Part shown: one piece after another, positions 37,946-49,584 of the stretch
Layout of the letters: each line of letters opens with the position of its first letter
Numbering within the stretch: position 1 is the stretch's first letter
NCBI GenBank assembly: GCA_964016885.1
Contig: OZ024742.1
Coordinates: forward strand, 59,086,001-59,150,000
Direction: 5' to 3'
Source of the DNA: Eledone cirrhosa
Taxonomy: Eukaryota
DNA length: 64,000 bases
The notes under the pieces: generated by a model
The model's database searches: none
What the model was told of the DNA's origin: nothing
Seen by the model: only the letters and a program-made list of their open reading frames with translations
Program-made: the position numbers and the translations under genes

Positions 37946-39565
37946 CAAGAAATAAGGGTAACAGGGTTGTCTGTACAATAAGGGCTTTATTCACAGTGCT
38001 GACAATTGTTTCTTTAATCTGGTAGGTCCAGAGTTCGCTAATCGCTAGATGTTGCGTCAATCGATCTCCAATACTTTGTTTATAACCAGTTAATTCATCA
38101 GAGCGAGCGAATGTGAGAATAATATACAAGGCATGGCTTTTATAGAGGAGTGGTATTAGACCAGAACAATAATATCAATAACAAAATAACTAGATAATGA
38201 ATAGTTAAATTAATAACATCAATATAAGTGAGAAATAGAATATAATGATAAAATGACAAAACTAGCATGGTAACCGAACTGATATGATACAGATGTATGA
38301 AGTTGACATGTGAAAACTACTATAGGTTACTTTAGATGTAGTTTTTGAGGGATGAAGAGATAACTAATAAAATGTACTCAGAGTTCGATTTTTGGAATCA
38401 GCCCCTTTAAGTGCAATTATGAGTGATCTAGATACAAGTGTGCTGTGGGTCTAAAGGCACGCTAGCAATAAACCGGAGATTGATTTATGGTCTGACAGAT
38501 AAGTATTTTCGTTGTATCAATTTAGTTATATTGAGTGTATAAAGATATATGGTTCCTAGGTAGTATTAAGTGAAATTGTAGATTCAGTATTTTAAGGTTT
38601 AGATGGCTTATTCTAAATGTTGGGGTTGCTAGTTCGAATCATGGGGGTTTAGTTTTCACAACTTCGATGACAAATAGCGTATAATTAATACAATAAATCA
38701 ACAATAAAATATGCATGGTAAATAGATAGAGAACATGATGAATAAAATTAGGGATAGGGTACATTGAGATGATCATAATAGTAATAAGAATAAAATAATA
38801 AAATAAGAGTTTCAAGGAGTGTAAGGGTAATAAGATAATGTACTTAGAATTAAGTTCATCTGTTAGAGATCATGGGTGCTAATATAAGATATGTAGAAAT
38901 AATTATTTGGTCCGAAAGAATAAACAACAGCAAAGGCTAGATTGATTTATGGGCTGACATGATAATTGGTAGATGTTTGTAGACATTACTGCCCCATCTT
39001 GGTGGTATAGATGTAGGGAGGCTGGAAGGTGTTTATAAAAGATTATGGTTCTGAGGTGGGCTGTGTGAGAATGCGGATTTCATACGTTAAATTCTAAGTG
39101 ATCTTCCATTAAGTTTGAGGATGCTGGTTCGAATTACGGTGGTTTAAATCTCGTAAATTTAGTAGCAATCCTATGTCTGCAGAAAATTGACTTTTCTATT
39201 TTGCTGTTAAGCAGCATTTTATCGTACCTTAAGATATGTAGCAATTCAAGGTTGCAGAGCGCGTAATGGGACATTATGTGAACGCAGAAAATGAATCGCT
39301 GCTTTCACCCTTAACGGGATCTTGTACCTAAAAGCAGTATGAAGTACACTAAGACTAACTGAAGTAATCGTTGGCCTTGTTTGTTTATATTTTGTTTTTG
39401 TGTATGCAAAAATATCTGTACACGAATATCTATATTAAAATAACATATTAATGTTTAAGCAAAGAATCGCTGCTTTCAACCTTAACGGGATCTTCTGAAA
39501 CTAAAAAAATCAATCTGGAAAACAGGAAGACGATACTTTGGTTCGTGAAGACGTTCCCTGGCATA
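37183..39565 (-). mobile_element. Second Hydra-clade-like PLE remnant: ORF C-terminus, long 3'UTR, repeated terminal segment and inversions
   Basis: Reverse complement of 39134-39268 translates HYALCNLELLHILRYDKMLLNSKIEKSIFCRHRIATKFTRFKPP*. Segment 37275-37445 is repeated at 39434-39565. Inverted repeat 37494-37631/37720-37858. The terminus also occurs inverted at 31947-32043. Confidence 0.7.
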
Positions 39566-40028
39566 AGAATATATACACACACACACACTGATCGCGTCAT
39601 AATGACGTAATGCAGACAGTCAGGCATACAGACAGATATTATGAAGGCGCGACGTCATATCTATGTATCTATCTAAAAAGAGAAAGACTAAGAGAAAGAG
39701 AAAGAGATCGCTAACTCATAAGGGAAGCAGACGACATATACACATGTATATAAATATATATAATAATAATAATAATGATTTCATTTATTGGCCACAAGGG
39801 CCGACATATAGGGGACAACACAATAGACAGGGACAGTGGGGGTTTACATAGAGATCGAGTAAGTATAAATAACAAAAAACAAAATAACAATAAAAATACA
39901 ACAATGAAAGTTCCCCAATAAGAGGGATCACCACCCAGGGTTGACTCAAGCACCCCACCAGTCCTGAGCCACCCGACGCTCCTAGGGCACCCGGGAAGGG
40001 CACCCCTCTCCTTCTCGAATTCACCAGC

Positions 40029-43000
40029 CTACAGGCGCATGATCAGAGTAGGCCCACTCACGCGGGCCATTCTCGCCACATTCACCCACCTTTCAGTAAA
40101 TGTACTGGGGGGCAGCACTTCTCTCTCCACCCTCACCTTCCTTTCCAAGTGAAACTTGAAGAAGTTGATGAGGGATTGGCCGAAGAGAAAAGTGTCTGTC
40201 TTCAGTCCTTTCAACCTGGTCCACCATGCAACCTCTTTCGCTACTGCCACCAGGCAGAGGAAAATTGCCTGCCCTTCCTGACCAAAAGAAGGCGGCGGGT
40301 CAATCTTCACTATGGACTCGGACGATAGCCGGATCCGTTCTACACGCGACAATAGCTGTTCGACATAACCCCACAAGTCAGCAATGCACGGACACTGGAC
40401 GAGTGCGTGCAGAACGGTTTCGTCGCTCTGCGCGCATCTCGGGCAGGTTCGTCTGACAGCACTTCCGTGCCTGTAGAGTTTATCCCGAACCGGCAGCGCC
40501 CCCCGGTAGCACTGCCAAGCGAGGGATTTCTGGAAGTTATCCATCGTCCCCGGCTCGAAAGTCCTCCGGAACATACTGGTCAGTTCTACTTCGTTGACGC
40601 CCAGAGCCTCTCCTAGTACGTCATCGCACTTGCCCTCCACTAATCCTCTATAGAAATCTTGAGTGGAAGTTCCACTGACCGCATTGCCCACCTTGCAGAG
40701 TGCAGTGAGCGCCTGGCAACATTCCAGATGCCAGTCGCCCAGTCTCGGTCTCTTCTTGACCCAGGACTGCAGCTCAGTCAAAGAGATGAGCTGCGGAAAG
40801 GCCCGTCTAACAAACGGCGACCACACCTGTTCACCGTTTAGGCAAAATATCTGGAGATGTCGCAGCCTCAGCGCATGTCTGCGCATCATTAGCCACGGCA
40901 TGCCCAGCCCTCCACGAAGAGGGTGCTGGCAGCAGATGGACCGCCTCACCAACGGGACCCGTCCCCTCCACAAAAATTTGAAAAGGAGCCGTTCCAAATT
41001 GGCGAGGCGTGGACGGGGGCAAGGCACGACGGTCAGGCGGTAGTAGATGACGGACGCGATGTACGCGTTCGCCACCTCCGCCCGCCCTTTCAGTGATAGC
41101 TTTCTCTCAGCCCATTTCTGGGTGAGGTTGGCTATCCTGCTCGTCACCTCGTCCCAATTCTTATCCACCTGGAGGTCTGGTCCGAACCAAACCCCGAGCA
41201 ACTTTACCGGTCCGTCTGTCCAGCGCCCAACGACGCTGTTGGACGGCATGGACTTGCCTCTCCAGGTGCCGAGCTGCAAGCCCACCGACTTTTCCGGGTT
41301 AAGTTTTGCTCCCGTCAACCTTTCATATTCCTCCAAATGGGTGCGGATCACCTCGATTTCCGAGGTGTCCGACACCATCACGGTGATGTCGTCCGCATAA
41401 GCGGACGCAGCCTTTCTACGTCCCGGTTCGAGCGGGATGCCCTGCAACAACTCCAGCTTCCGCAGTAGAGGCTCAAGAGTCAATACGTACAGAAGTGAGG
41501 AGAGAGGGCACCCTTGACGGACCGATCGAGAGATCTGAAACGGTTCCGAGAGGTGGCCATTAACTTTGACCACCGAGCGGATGCCGCTGTACATTGCAGC
41601 GATCCAGCTTCTGAAGACGGGGCCGAAGCCAGCCGCCTCGAGGACAGCCTCCAAGTACCGATGGTCGACCCTATCGAATGCTTTCGATTGATCTAAATTG
41701 ATCAGAGCCCCACCGAAGCCAGGTTTGCACCTAACCCTCTCTATGATGTATCGCATGAGGTGGAGGTTGTCGTGTATGGACCTGGTCGGGATTGCGCAAG
41801 TTTGCGCCTCCCCAACCAAATCTTTGACGACAAGCGCCAATCTTTTCGCTAACACCTTGGCCAAAATCTTAAACTCTGTGTTGAGCAGGGTTATGGGCCT
41901 GAAATTATCTAGTGTGTCCCTCTTGTTCTCGTCTTTCCTTATCAGCGTCACTACGCCACGGCTCACAGAACTGGGAATGCTCCCGTTCTGCTGCCAGTTG
42001 CAGTAGAGCGCTTCGAGGAGATCGGAGAACAAGTCTGGCATATTTACGTAAAGCTCGTAGGGCAGACCATCCAAACCGGGTGACTTGCGACTCGAGCAGC
42101 CGACAAGGGCGTCCTGAATTTCGGCTGATGTTATCGGCTCTTCGCAGCGCTCAGCGTCGGCCGTCGAGAGGCGTGGCAAGCCGTCGAGGTAGGGACTGAA
42201 GTCCGCCGCCGTCTCCGACTCACCCATCCTCCCGAACAATCGAGCAAAGTGCTGGCGAAAGGCCTCACACATCTGCTTGGAATCGCTCAGTTCGTGTCCA
42301 TCTCGATCCGTCAAAGACCGAATTGTGGTTTTATTTCCACGCTGCGTCTCTGCAAAGCGAGCCCATCGGGCAGCTTTGGTTCGCTCGTTCCTCAGAGCAC
42401 GCGCCTTAGCTCTGACAATGCAACCTTCGTGTTTCGCATTGAAGAAATGGTCTAGTGCCATTCTCGCCGCTAGCACGTCTGTTGCAATGCCACTACAAAT
42501 AGCCTCGTCTAACTTAGCTATCAGCCCCTCCTCCTTTCTATTTTTCTCTATTGCTACTTCTTTGCTAAATCCTATCGAGGTTGCTCTAATCTCTCTTTTG
42601 AGTGCCCCCCACCACCTGTTGTTGACAACCCCCCCTGTCAACTTTTGCTTAACTAAGTTGTTGACCCGGTCCCTGTAAGCTTTACGTGCCGGAAACGACA
42701 TGTTTAGCTTCCAGTAGCTAGGTCCTAACCTACGTGTCTTATCTAGGTCGACCATACAGATCACAAGCTTGTGATCTGAATAGGCAACCGTTTTAAAATG
42801 TGGACATCCTACACTATTTCTATCTCTTTTCCTAATGAAAATCCTATCTATGTACGATCTAGATGACCCTATGCGATTGGTCCAGGTCCATACTGGCGCA
42901 TTAGGGAAATCTAGTCGGTACCTGTCAGACAGTTGAAACTGGCTGATCAGGTACTTGAGGCTTTTGCACCCCCCGCTCCTATCAGATACTCCCACACAAT

Positions 43001-43448
43001 CCCAGCGTGCTTCTAAGATGCCATTCCAATCCCCTATTAACAGTAAAGGGCGAGACGTAAGCAGAAAGTTTTCCAGGCGCCTAAAGAAGTCCGGCCGACC
43101 GGCCCCAGTAGGGGCGTAGACGGCCACCAGTCTAAAGGCACCACCTTCGCTATTGCTCACGTCCAGGACCACCAACTTTCCGTCAGGATCCCGGAAGATT
43201 GACCTTACCTCGAGATCCAGACATTTCCTAAACAGCACAGCCACTCCACCTCCCATTCCCGGCCGACTAACAGATGCAAAGATCTGATAATCGTCGAAAA
43301 TCGGCGCCAGTGCGCGTGTGTCGGAAATTCTGGTCTCGCTGATGGCAATTACATCCATTCCTAGTGACCTGAGGTCGTTGAGCAAGTGACCTTGCTTCCA
43401 GGGCGACCCCAGGCCACGAACATTTAAACTTCCTACTCTTATGGCCAT
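40029..43448 (-). CDS. LINE ORF2, 1139 aa: APE endonuclease, reverse transcriptase and C-terminal zinc finger
   Basis: SLNVRGL, ISET, GDWN, SYIDRIF, SDH; KSPGLDG, FRPITLLN, DQSKAFDRV, RQGCPLS, YADD; CPRC..HALVQC. Confidence 0.97.
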   Translation of the reverse strand: MAIRVGSLNVRGLGSPWKQGHLLNDLRSLGMDVIAISETRISDTRALAPIFDDYQIFASVSRPGMGGGVAVLFRKCLDLEVRSIFRDPDGKLVVLDVSNSEGGAFRLVAVYAPTGAGRPDFFRRLENFLLTSRPLLLIGDWNGILEARWDCVGVSDRSGGCKSLKYLISQFQLSDRYRLDFPNAPVWTWTNRIGSSRSYIDRIFIRKRDRNSVGCPHFKTVAYSDHKLVICMVDLDKTRRLGPSYWKLNMSFPARKAYRDRVNNLVKQKLTGGVVNNRWWGALKREIRATSIGFSKEVAIEKNRKEEGLIAKLDEAICSGIATDVLAARMALDHFFNAKHEGCIVRAKARALRNERTKAARWARFAETQRGNKTTIRSLTDRDGHELSDSKQMCEAFRQHFARLFGRMGESETAADFSPYLDGLPRLSTADAERCEEPITSAEIQDALVGCSSRKSPGLDGLPYELYVNMPDLFSDLLEALYCNWQQNGSIPSSVSRGVVTLIRKDENKRDTLDNFRPITLLNTEFKILAKVLAKRLALVVKDLVGEAQTCAIPTRSIHDNLHLMRYIIERVRCKPGFGGALINLDQSKAFDRVDHRYLEAVLEAAGFGPVFRSWIAAMYSGIRSVVKVNGHLSEPFQISRSVRQGCPLSSLLYVLTLEPLLRKLELLQGIPLEPGRRKAASAYADDITVMVSDTSEIEVIRTHLEEYERLTGAKLNPEKSVGLQLGTWRGKSMPSNSVVGRWTDGPVKLLGVWFGPDLQVDKNWDEVTSRIANLTQKWAERKLSLKGRAEVANAYIASVIYYRLTVVPCPRPRLANLERLLFKFLWRGRVPLVRRSICCQHPLRGGLGMPWLMMRRHALRLRHLQIFCLNGEQVWSPFVRRAFPQLISLTELQSWVKKRPRLGDWHLECCQALTALCKVGNAVSGTSTQDFYRGLVEGKCDDVLGEALGVNEVELTSMFRRTFEPGTMDNFQKSLAWQCYRGALPVRDKLYRHGSAVRRTCPRCAQSDETVLHALVQCPCIADLWGYVEQLLSRVERIRLSSESIVKIDPPPSFGQEGQAIFLCLVAVAKEVAWWTRLKGLKTDTFLFGQSLINFFKFHLERKVRVEREVLPPSTFTERWVNVARMARVSGPTLIMRL

Positions 43449-43477
43449 GCTGGCAGGATGAATGGGAGAGGAAAGGT

Positions 43478-45388
43478 TTACTTACCTTCCGGGGTCTTGT
43501 GAAGGTCGGGTGGTTCGACCTCCATGGTTTGTGGGGTTTCTTTTGGGAACCCCTTTAATAGTCTTGACGTGGGTTTTACGTTCGGGGTTCCCACATCCCG
43601 AGGAAAGCTCTTTCGAATTTCTTTGTATGAAGCGAGCGACATTCGCATCAGAAGCAAATTATCTGGTACGCGAAATGTGCTCGCTTCAAATGTTTCCCCG
43701 TCTTTTTCGATGTTTGTGCTTCGTGCTACATGGGCCATCAATTCCTTGTTGGCCCTTCTGGCAAGCACGAAGTTTTTAATGTTTTGTTGCTCGGGTTTTA
43801 TTTGTTCGTGTGATTGTGGTGGTGATAGCTTTGTTAGTGTTGTTTCTATTGTGTCTGCGTTTGTTGTGGGTGGGGTGTCTGTAGTTTCTGATGTTTGTGT
43901 GTCTATTTGTTCTTGTGTCTGTTTAGCTTGTTTGCGTTTGGGGGATTTTGGTGGTTGTGTTGGTGATGCTGTGGGGAAAATGTTTGTGTGGGTGGTGTGT
44001 GTATTTTTTTTTGTGGGGGTGTTTGTGCTTTGTGGATTTCTTTTTTTTTTGTGTTTTGTTTTTTGTATTTTGGGGGACTTTGGTTTTCCCTCATCTTCAC
44101 TGCTGGAGGATGAGGGGTCTGTGGCTGTGAGCGTGTTTGTGTCTGAGTGAGTGTTTATGTTCTTGTTCGTGTGTGTATTTTGGGGGGGAGGGGGAATGGG
44201 AGAGCTTTCCTCGTTTCCCCCCTGGGTGTGCAATTTTGGTGGTTCCATTGTTGACGGTGTTGCTGGTGGTCCTTGTCCCGGCGTCGCCAGCAGTGGAATC
44301 TTTCGACCCCTTGCGCTTTTCGGCAGTTGAGGGCAGAAGGCTCGCAAGTGTGTCGTTTCCCCACAAAGGAAACAATGCGGCCTTTTGCCCTCAGTCATTA
44401 TATGCAACACCCTCCCGTTTTGGAGGCGGATGTGGTCCGGGATTGCTTTTACGTTTTCGGGTCTGATTTGGAGCAGTATCTCCAGATCAACCCCGGACCA
44501 GTCGTCCCTGGCAGTTCTCGTTGCCTCTACCGGGACTGTATCCGTTCCTTCCACGATTACGCAACCCAGGAGCCACCACATATCAAGTCCTGGTGGAATC
44601 CTGGGAATGCGCACACGTGCTATTCGTTTTCCCATGTGGGAGGGGTACATTATAACCTTGCTGGTTTTGCAAGGGGTCATTGAATGCTTCACAGCGAGGG
44701 CTTCAGACTTGAACAGCACCGAAACGGTGCCGTATTGCCTGCCCCTCTCTATGAAGTCTGTGTCCTCTCTGATGTATTTCAGTGCGGCTTCTATGTCAGC
44801 TTGGGCGATTATCGCTGCCCTCTTTGTCTCTACTGAGATGCATCTGAAATGCACCGTTCTTTTTTCCACTGCCTCAATGGCTTCTGCCGGGACAGTTAAG
44901 TTTGCCCAGGTCTGCTCTTGATTTATGATTTTCCAGGCCTGGGCCAACTTTTCCTCTCTGTTGGTTAAGTCGATGCTGTAGCATAGTCTCCTTTTAGCCG
45001 CTGCCACAGCAGCGAAGGTGTTCTTGTTGGTGTTGTCACTGTTGTTGTTCTTGTTGGTGTTGCTGCTGCTATTGCTGTTGTTGTTCTCCCCTGTGTCGTG
45101 GTTACCCTCTGTGCTGTTGGCCTTGTTGGTGCTGTTGCTGTCGCTACTATTACTCTCTGTGCTGTTCGTTTTGTTGGTGCTCTCGCTATTACCACCTTCT
45201 GCGCTGTTCGGCTTGTTGGTGTTGGTGTTGTCGCTGTTACCACCTTCCGCGCCGCTCGGCCCGTTGGTGCTGGCACTGTCGCTGCTCACATTCGTGCTGG
45301 TGGCGCTCCTCGCCTCACCTCTCCTCTCAACGCTCAAGTCGCCGTTGCACGACAGCAGACCCGCCTCTAGGGGGCGTGGCTCCGCCAT
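43478..45388 (-). CDS. LINE ORF1 (gag-like, ~636 aa) with a CCHC zinc knuckle
   Basis: First ATG at 45388 (MAEPRPL); N/S-rich N-terminus; TFAAVAA; CFLCGETTHLRAFC; basic T/P-rich disordered region. Confidence 0.9.
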   Translation of the reverse strand: MAEPRPLEAGLLSCNGDLSVERRGEARSATSTNVSSDSASTNGPSGAEGGNSDNTNTNKPNSAEGGNSESTNKTNSTESNSSDSNSTNKANSTEGNHDTGENNNSNSSSNTNKNNNSDNTNKNTFAAVAAAKRRLCYSIDLTNREEKLAQAWKIINQEQTWANLTVPAEAIEAVEKRTVHFRCISVETKRAAIIAQADIEAALKYIREDTDFIERGRQYGTVSVLFKSEALAVKHSMTPCKTSKVIMYPSHMGKRIARVRIPRIPPGLDMWWLLGCVIVEGTDTVPVEATRTARDDWSGVDLEILLQIRPENVKAIPDHIRLQNGRVLHIMTEGKRPHCFLCGETTHLRAFCPQLPKSARGRKIPLLATPGQGPPATPSTMEPPKLHTQGGNEESSPIPPPPQNTHTNKNINTHSDTNTLTATDPSSSSSEDEGKPKSPKIQKTKHKKKRNPQSTNTPTKKNTHTTHTNIFPTASPTQPPKSPKRKQAKQTQEQIDTQTSETTDTPPTTNADTIETTLTKLSPPQSHEQIKPEQQNIKNFVLARRANKELMAHVARSTNIEKDGETFEASTFRVPDNLLLMRMSLASYKEIRKSFPRDVGTPNVKPTSRLLKGFPKETPQTMEVEPPDLHKTPEGK

Positions 45389-45620
45389 GTTTTTTTTGAG
45401 AAAAAAATTATTATTTTTTTTTTCAAAATAAAGTTCAAATATTTGGGCCAAAAGGCCCAAATATTATGAGTTATTCCTTCACAGGATACAAATTAATGTC
45501 TTATAATGCTTCAGCGGTACAAAAAATAAACAATTCTCTACAATTAATCCTCAAAAAATTGCTTACTCACGGAGCTTCAAAAAACGTACATCCACTTTCG
45601 TCAATAATAATATTAATAAT

Positions 45621-45986
<366 letters not shown>

Positions 45987-46145
45987 AACGGAATATGGAT
46001 AGATAGATATAGATATATATATATGGATAGATAGATATAGATATATATATGGATAGATAGATATAGGTATATATATGGATAGATAGATATAGATAGATAG
46101 ATATATATATATGTAGATTTATCTACATATATATATATATATATA

Positions 46146-47282
46146 TACAACTGGAAGTTTAGTAAAATCGAAGTTTTTGCTGTGGCCAAGCTAACGATAT
46201 ACAATTAGGAATGTGCAGCAAAGCACTCTATAAGGTTGTGTCACCTTAGAGTAATAACTGTTTCTACGTTAGGCACAAGGCCAGCAAATTACCCAGTGTA
46301 TTACTGGTACTTTATTTTATCGACCCCGTAAGGATGAAAGGCAAAGTTAACCTCGGCGGGATTTGAACTCAGAATGGCAAGGGCCGTAACTCTATGCGTC
46401 AAAGCATGGCGTTCGACCCTCTACCGATACTGCCAATCCACCTTAGAGTAATAACTGTTTCTACTTTAGGAACAAGGCCAGCAAATTACCCAGTGCATTA
46501 CTGGTACTTTATTTTATCGACCCCGTAAGGATGAAAGGCAAAGTCAACCTCGGCGGGATTTGAACTCAGATCGTAAAGGGACGTAACTATGATGGAAAGC
46601 ATGGCGTTCGACCCTCTACCGATACTGCCAATCCACAGAGTAATAACAAACGTTAGACAGCTTGACAAATTGAAAACTGCGGCAGGTAAGCCCAGCCACA
46701 TAATACCAAAGCAACGAAAAAGCCAATCAGGTTAGACAACAAACCTGGACCATCTCGAACGATATTATGCAATACGTGGGATAGGTTTCTATGAAATCCG
46801 AAATCAACAATCCTACTTGCGCAATATGCAAGTTTGTGGTATTCGATGATCGAACTGTGGACTCGCGTTATCAACAGGTTTTCGTTCTGTGCCTCAACCC
46901 GGTGTGACGTGTAGCAGTAGGCTACTACGAATGGTAGCAGTCAATGTTTCACTATCACGTGTTTTTCCCCCCAAAAGGGAAGCAACCCCCGATTTTTGGC
47001 GGGCAAATTCAAAGTGTGAACAAAGGAATTGATTCCGTTCCACAAACCGAAAAAGAAGCTCTCGACTAGACGTTATTAAACAAACATAAATAATTAACCA
47101 ATCAATAGAAATGTCTAATTAAATTAATTAATTAATTATTAGGTCTAGGAGATAATAATACAACTGGAAGTTTAGTAAAATCGAAGTTTTGGATGTGGCC
47201 AAGCTAACGATATACCATTAGGAACGTGCAGCAAAGCACTCGATAAGGTTGTGTCGATAAGGTTGTGTCGATAAGGTTGTGT
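46146..47282. repeat. Unclassified unit bounded by ~100-bp direct repeats
   Basis: 46146-46242 matches 47159-47254; the second copy ends in 3x ATAAGGTTGTGT(CG). Confidence 0.7.
46259..46636 (-). mobile_element. Two tandem full-length main-family SINEs
   Basis: Copies at 46259-46440 and 46456-46636; (CCTT)AGAGTAATAAC occurs three times, flanking and separating them. Confidence 0.92.
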
Positions 47283-47815
47283 TCAGGATAAATTTGATTA
47301 GAGTCTAATTTTTAAAATTGCTTTTTCAGATATACCCTTGTAGCTATGACAAGTGAACGGCATTGTGAAACCTAATCACTACAGTTTTAAAGATGTCAAC
47401 GTTAACTGAAATGGAGAAGTGGAAACCACCTGAATATTGGAATAACTGAATATCCGCTACTGCCCATACAAGAGGCGTAAAGACCAACTTCTTACAGAAT
47501 GGGCTTTAGAAAACCGTCTCACATAGGCATAGAAATTCCTGAACAAAGTAAAGCATCCTGTTGAACCAGGGACAATCTTGTTCTTCTCTGAGGAAAATAA
47601 TTTTTTTCAGGACCAGACAACACCCAAAAGAACAGATGGATTTCCTACGATCCATATGATGTCCCTCGTGTCAAGAAGACTAAGTTTCCCCAAACTGAAT
47701 GGCTTTTGGATCTGTCTGCAGTGAGAGTAATGTCATGTCATCTCACATCTTTGAACAGTGTCTCCGGCTCAATTCGGCTGGTTATGTGGAGTTGCTGATT
47801 ACCGTGGTTACGCTG
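47283..47815 (+). mobile_element. Decayed Tc1/mariner (maT-like) transposase fragment
   Basis: KFLNKVKHP..ILFFSEENNFFQDQ..NRWI..DVPRVKKTKFP..FGSVCSESNVMSSHIF..LRLNSAGYVELL, with stops and frameshifts. Confidence 0.8.
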
Positions 47816-47834
47816 ACTCTAATTTATGATAATT

Positions 47835-48018
47835 ATTTCTACATTTGGCGCAAGGTCATCAATTTGAAGTGAAGGGGAACGTCAATTAAATCGACCAGTA
47901 CGTTACAGGTTCTTTATTTTATCCAACCCCGAAGGATGAATAGCAAAGTCAACTTCGTTGGGATTTGAACCCAGAGCACAAAGAGCCGGAGCAGAGACTG
48001 CTAAGCATTTGCCCGATG

Positions 48019-48021
<3 letters not shown>
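47835..48021 (-). mobile_element. Main-family SINE, older copy
   Basis: Family core CCCCGAAGGATGAATAGCAAAGTCAAC..GATTTGAACCCAG. Confidence 0.75.
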
Positions 48022-48054
<33 letters not shown>

Positions 48055-48322
48055 GGAAAAAATGAAACGAAATTTCATTTCCCACTCTTAGTACGGCTGT
48101 TACTTGAAACTAGTACAGCGTTCCTTTGTCAGTGTTGAACAAACGAGCAACGATGGTTGCTAGACACTACGGCTTAATATGGGATGTTTGTTTACAAACA
48201 CACCGAGCATTATAATAAATGTTCGGTGAATCCATACGTACATATATATATATGTGCATGTATGTATATATATATACATACTACTGTACGTCTGTATACA
48301 TATATGTATGTACGTATACATA

Positions 48323-48443
<121 letters not shown>

Positions 48444-48528
48444 GTATAAATTTTATGTATATATATATATATATACATACATAGATACATACATACATAC
48501 ATAATATGTTGAAATAACGTTGAATAAT

Positions 48529-49339
48529 GTTGGAACACGTTGAATGCGAGGAATAACATCATCCGCAAGCTCACTGACACAACCCGAGGTGCAAACCCAA
48601 AGACTCTGAAGTCAACTGCACTAGCTCTCTGCTACTCAGCTGCCGAGTATGCATGCCCAGTATGGGAGCGAGCTGTCCATGTCCAGAAGCTAGATCCCGC
48701 TCTCAATACTAGCTACCGCCTCATCACAGGCTGCCTGAAATCTACATTTACGGACCGTCTGTATATACTGGTAGGCATAACCCCACCAGAGATACGACGA
48801 ATTGCAGCAAGCAAGAAAGAGCGTCAACATCAGACTACAGATCAAAAACATCCTATCTTCGGCCATGTGCCAGCCAAAGGCTGCCTTAAATCCAGGAAAA
48901 GATTCCTAAAGAGCGTCACGCCCCTTGGACCATCAAGCATAAGTAGTGAGAGTCACTCGCTAGGAAGAAAAACTTAACAACCTCCCATCAGTAACAACAA
49001 TGGAGCTAAAGGCGAGCGAGGCACTGTCATATGGAGAAGACACAAACCATGCAATGTGGAAATTCCTAAACAATGTGGAAATTCCTAAAGATCTGGTGTT
49101 GGACGTGCAAAATTCACTCTTGCATAATGGAGATATTTAAAGGATGGGAACGTTGTGTGTGATTGCGGCATCGAACCACATGCTATGCATCACCTCCTGA
49201 TATTCCCCCTGCTGAAACACCCCAGCACAGCATTGGACTTGGCAGAGTTTAACAAGAAAAGATAGCAATGTGTTCAGCTGTGGCAGAACCACATCTAGCC
49301 ATGCTTTGTAACTGACACTCTTGTGGACGTGACAAGAAG
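48529..49339 (+). mobile_element. 5'-truncated Vingi/Ingi-type LINE
   Basis: [44 protein letters not shown]. 12-bp TSD ACGTTGAATAAT at 48517-48528/49340-49351. Confidence 0.8.
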
Positions 49340-49406
49340 ACGTTGAATAATTTTGCAAAACGTATTTGGGGAAGATCAAGTATTGTATCTGTTCTTATCT
49401 GATAAT

Positions 49407-49584
49407 AGTTTCTACTTTTGGCACAAGGCCAGCAATTACCCCAGTGCGCCACTGGTACTTTATTTTATCGACCCTGTAAGCATAAAAGGTAAAGTTAACC
49501 TCGGCGGCATTTGAACTCAGACCATAAAGGGCCGTAACTCTTTGCTGCAAAGCATGGCGTCCGACCCTCTACCGATACTGCCAC
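49407..49584 (-). mobile_element. Main-family SINE
   Basis: Near full length, with A and B boxes on the minus strand. Confidence 0.9.

Larger units (their letters stand above)
39777..45602 (-). mobile_element. Apparently full-length, intact L1/Tx1-type LINE
   Basis: Two uninterrupted ORFs; ~210-nt 5'UTR; 3'UTR ending CCTTGTGGCCAATAAATGAAATC; (AAT)n on both flanks. Confidence 0.93.

Noticed and set aside
40226-45431. Antisense and alternate-frame ORFs over the LINE
   Set aside because: Shadows of the GC-rich or low-complexity ORF1/ORF2, with no motifs.
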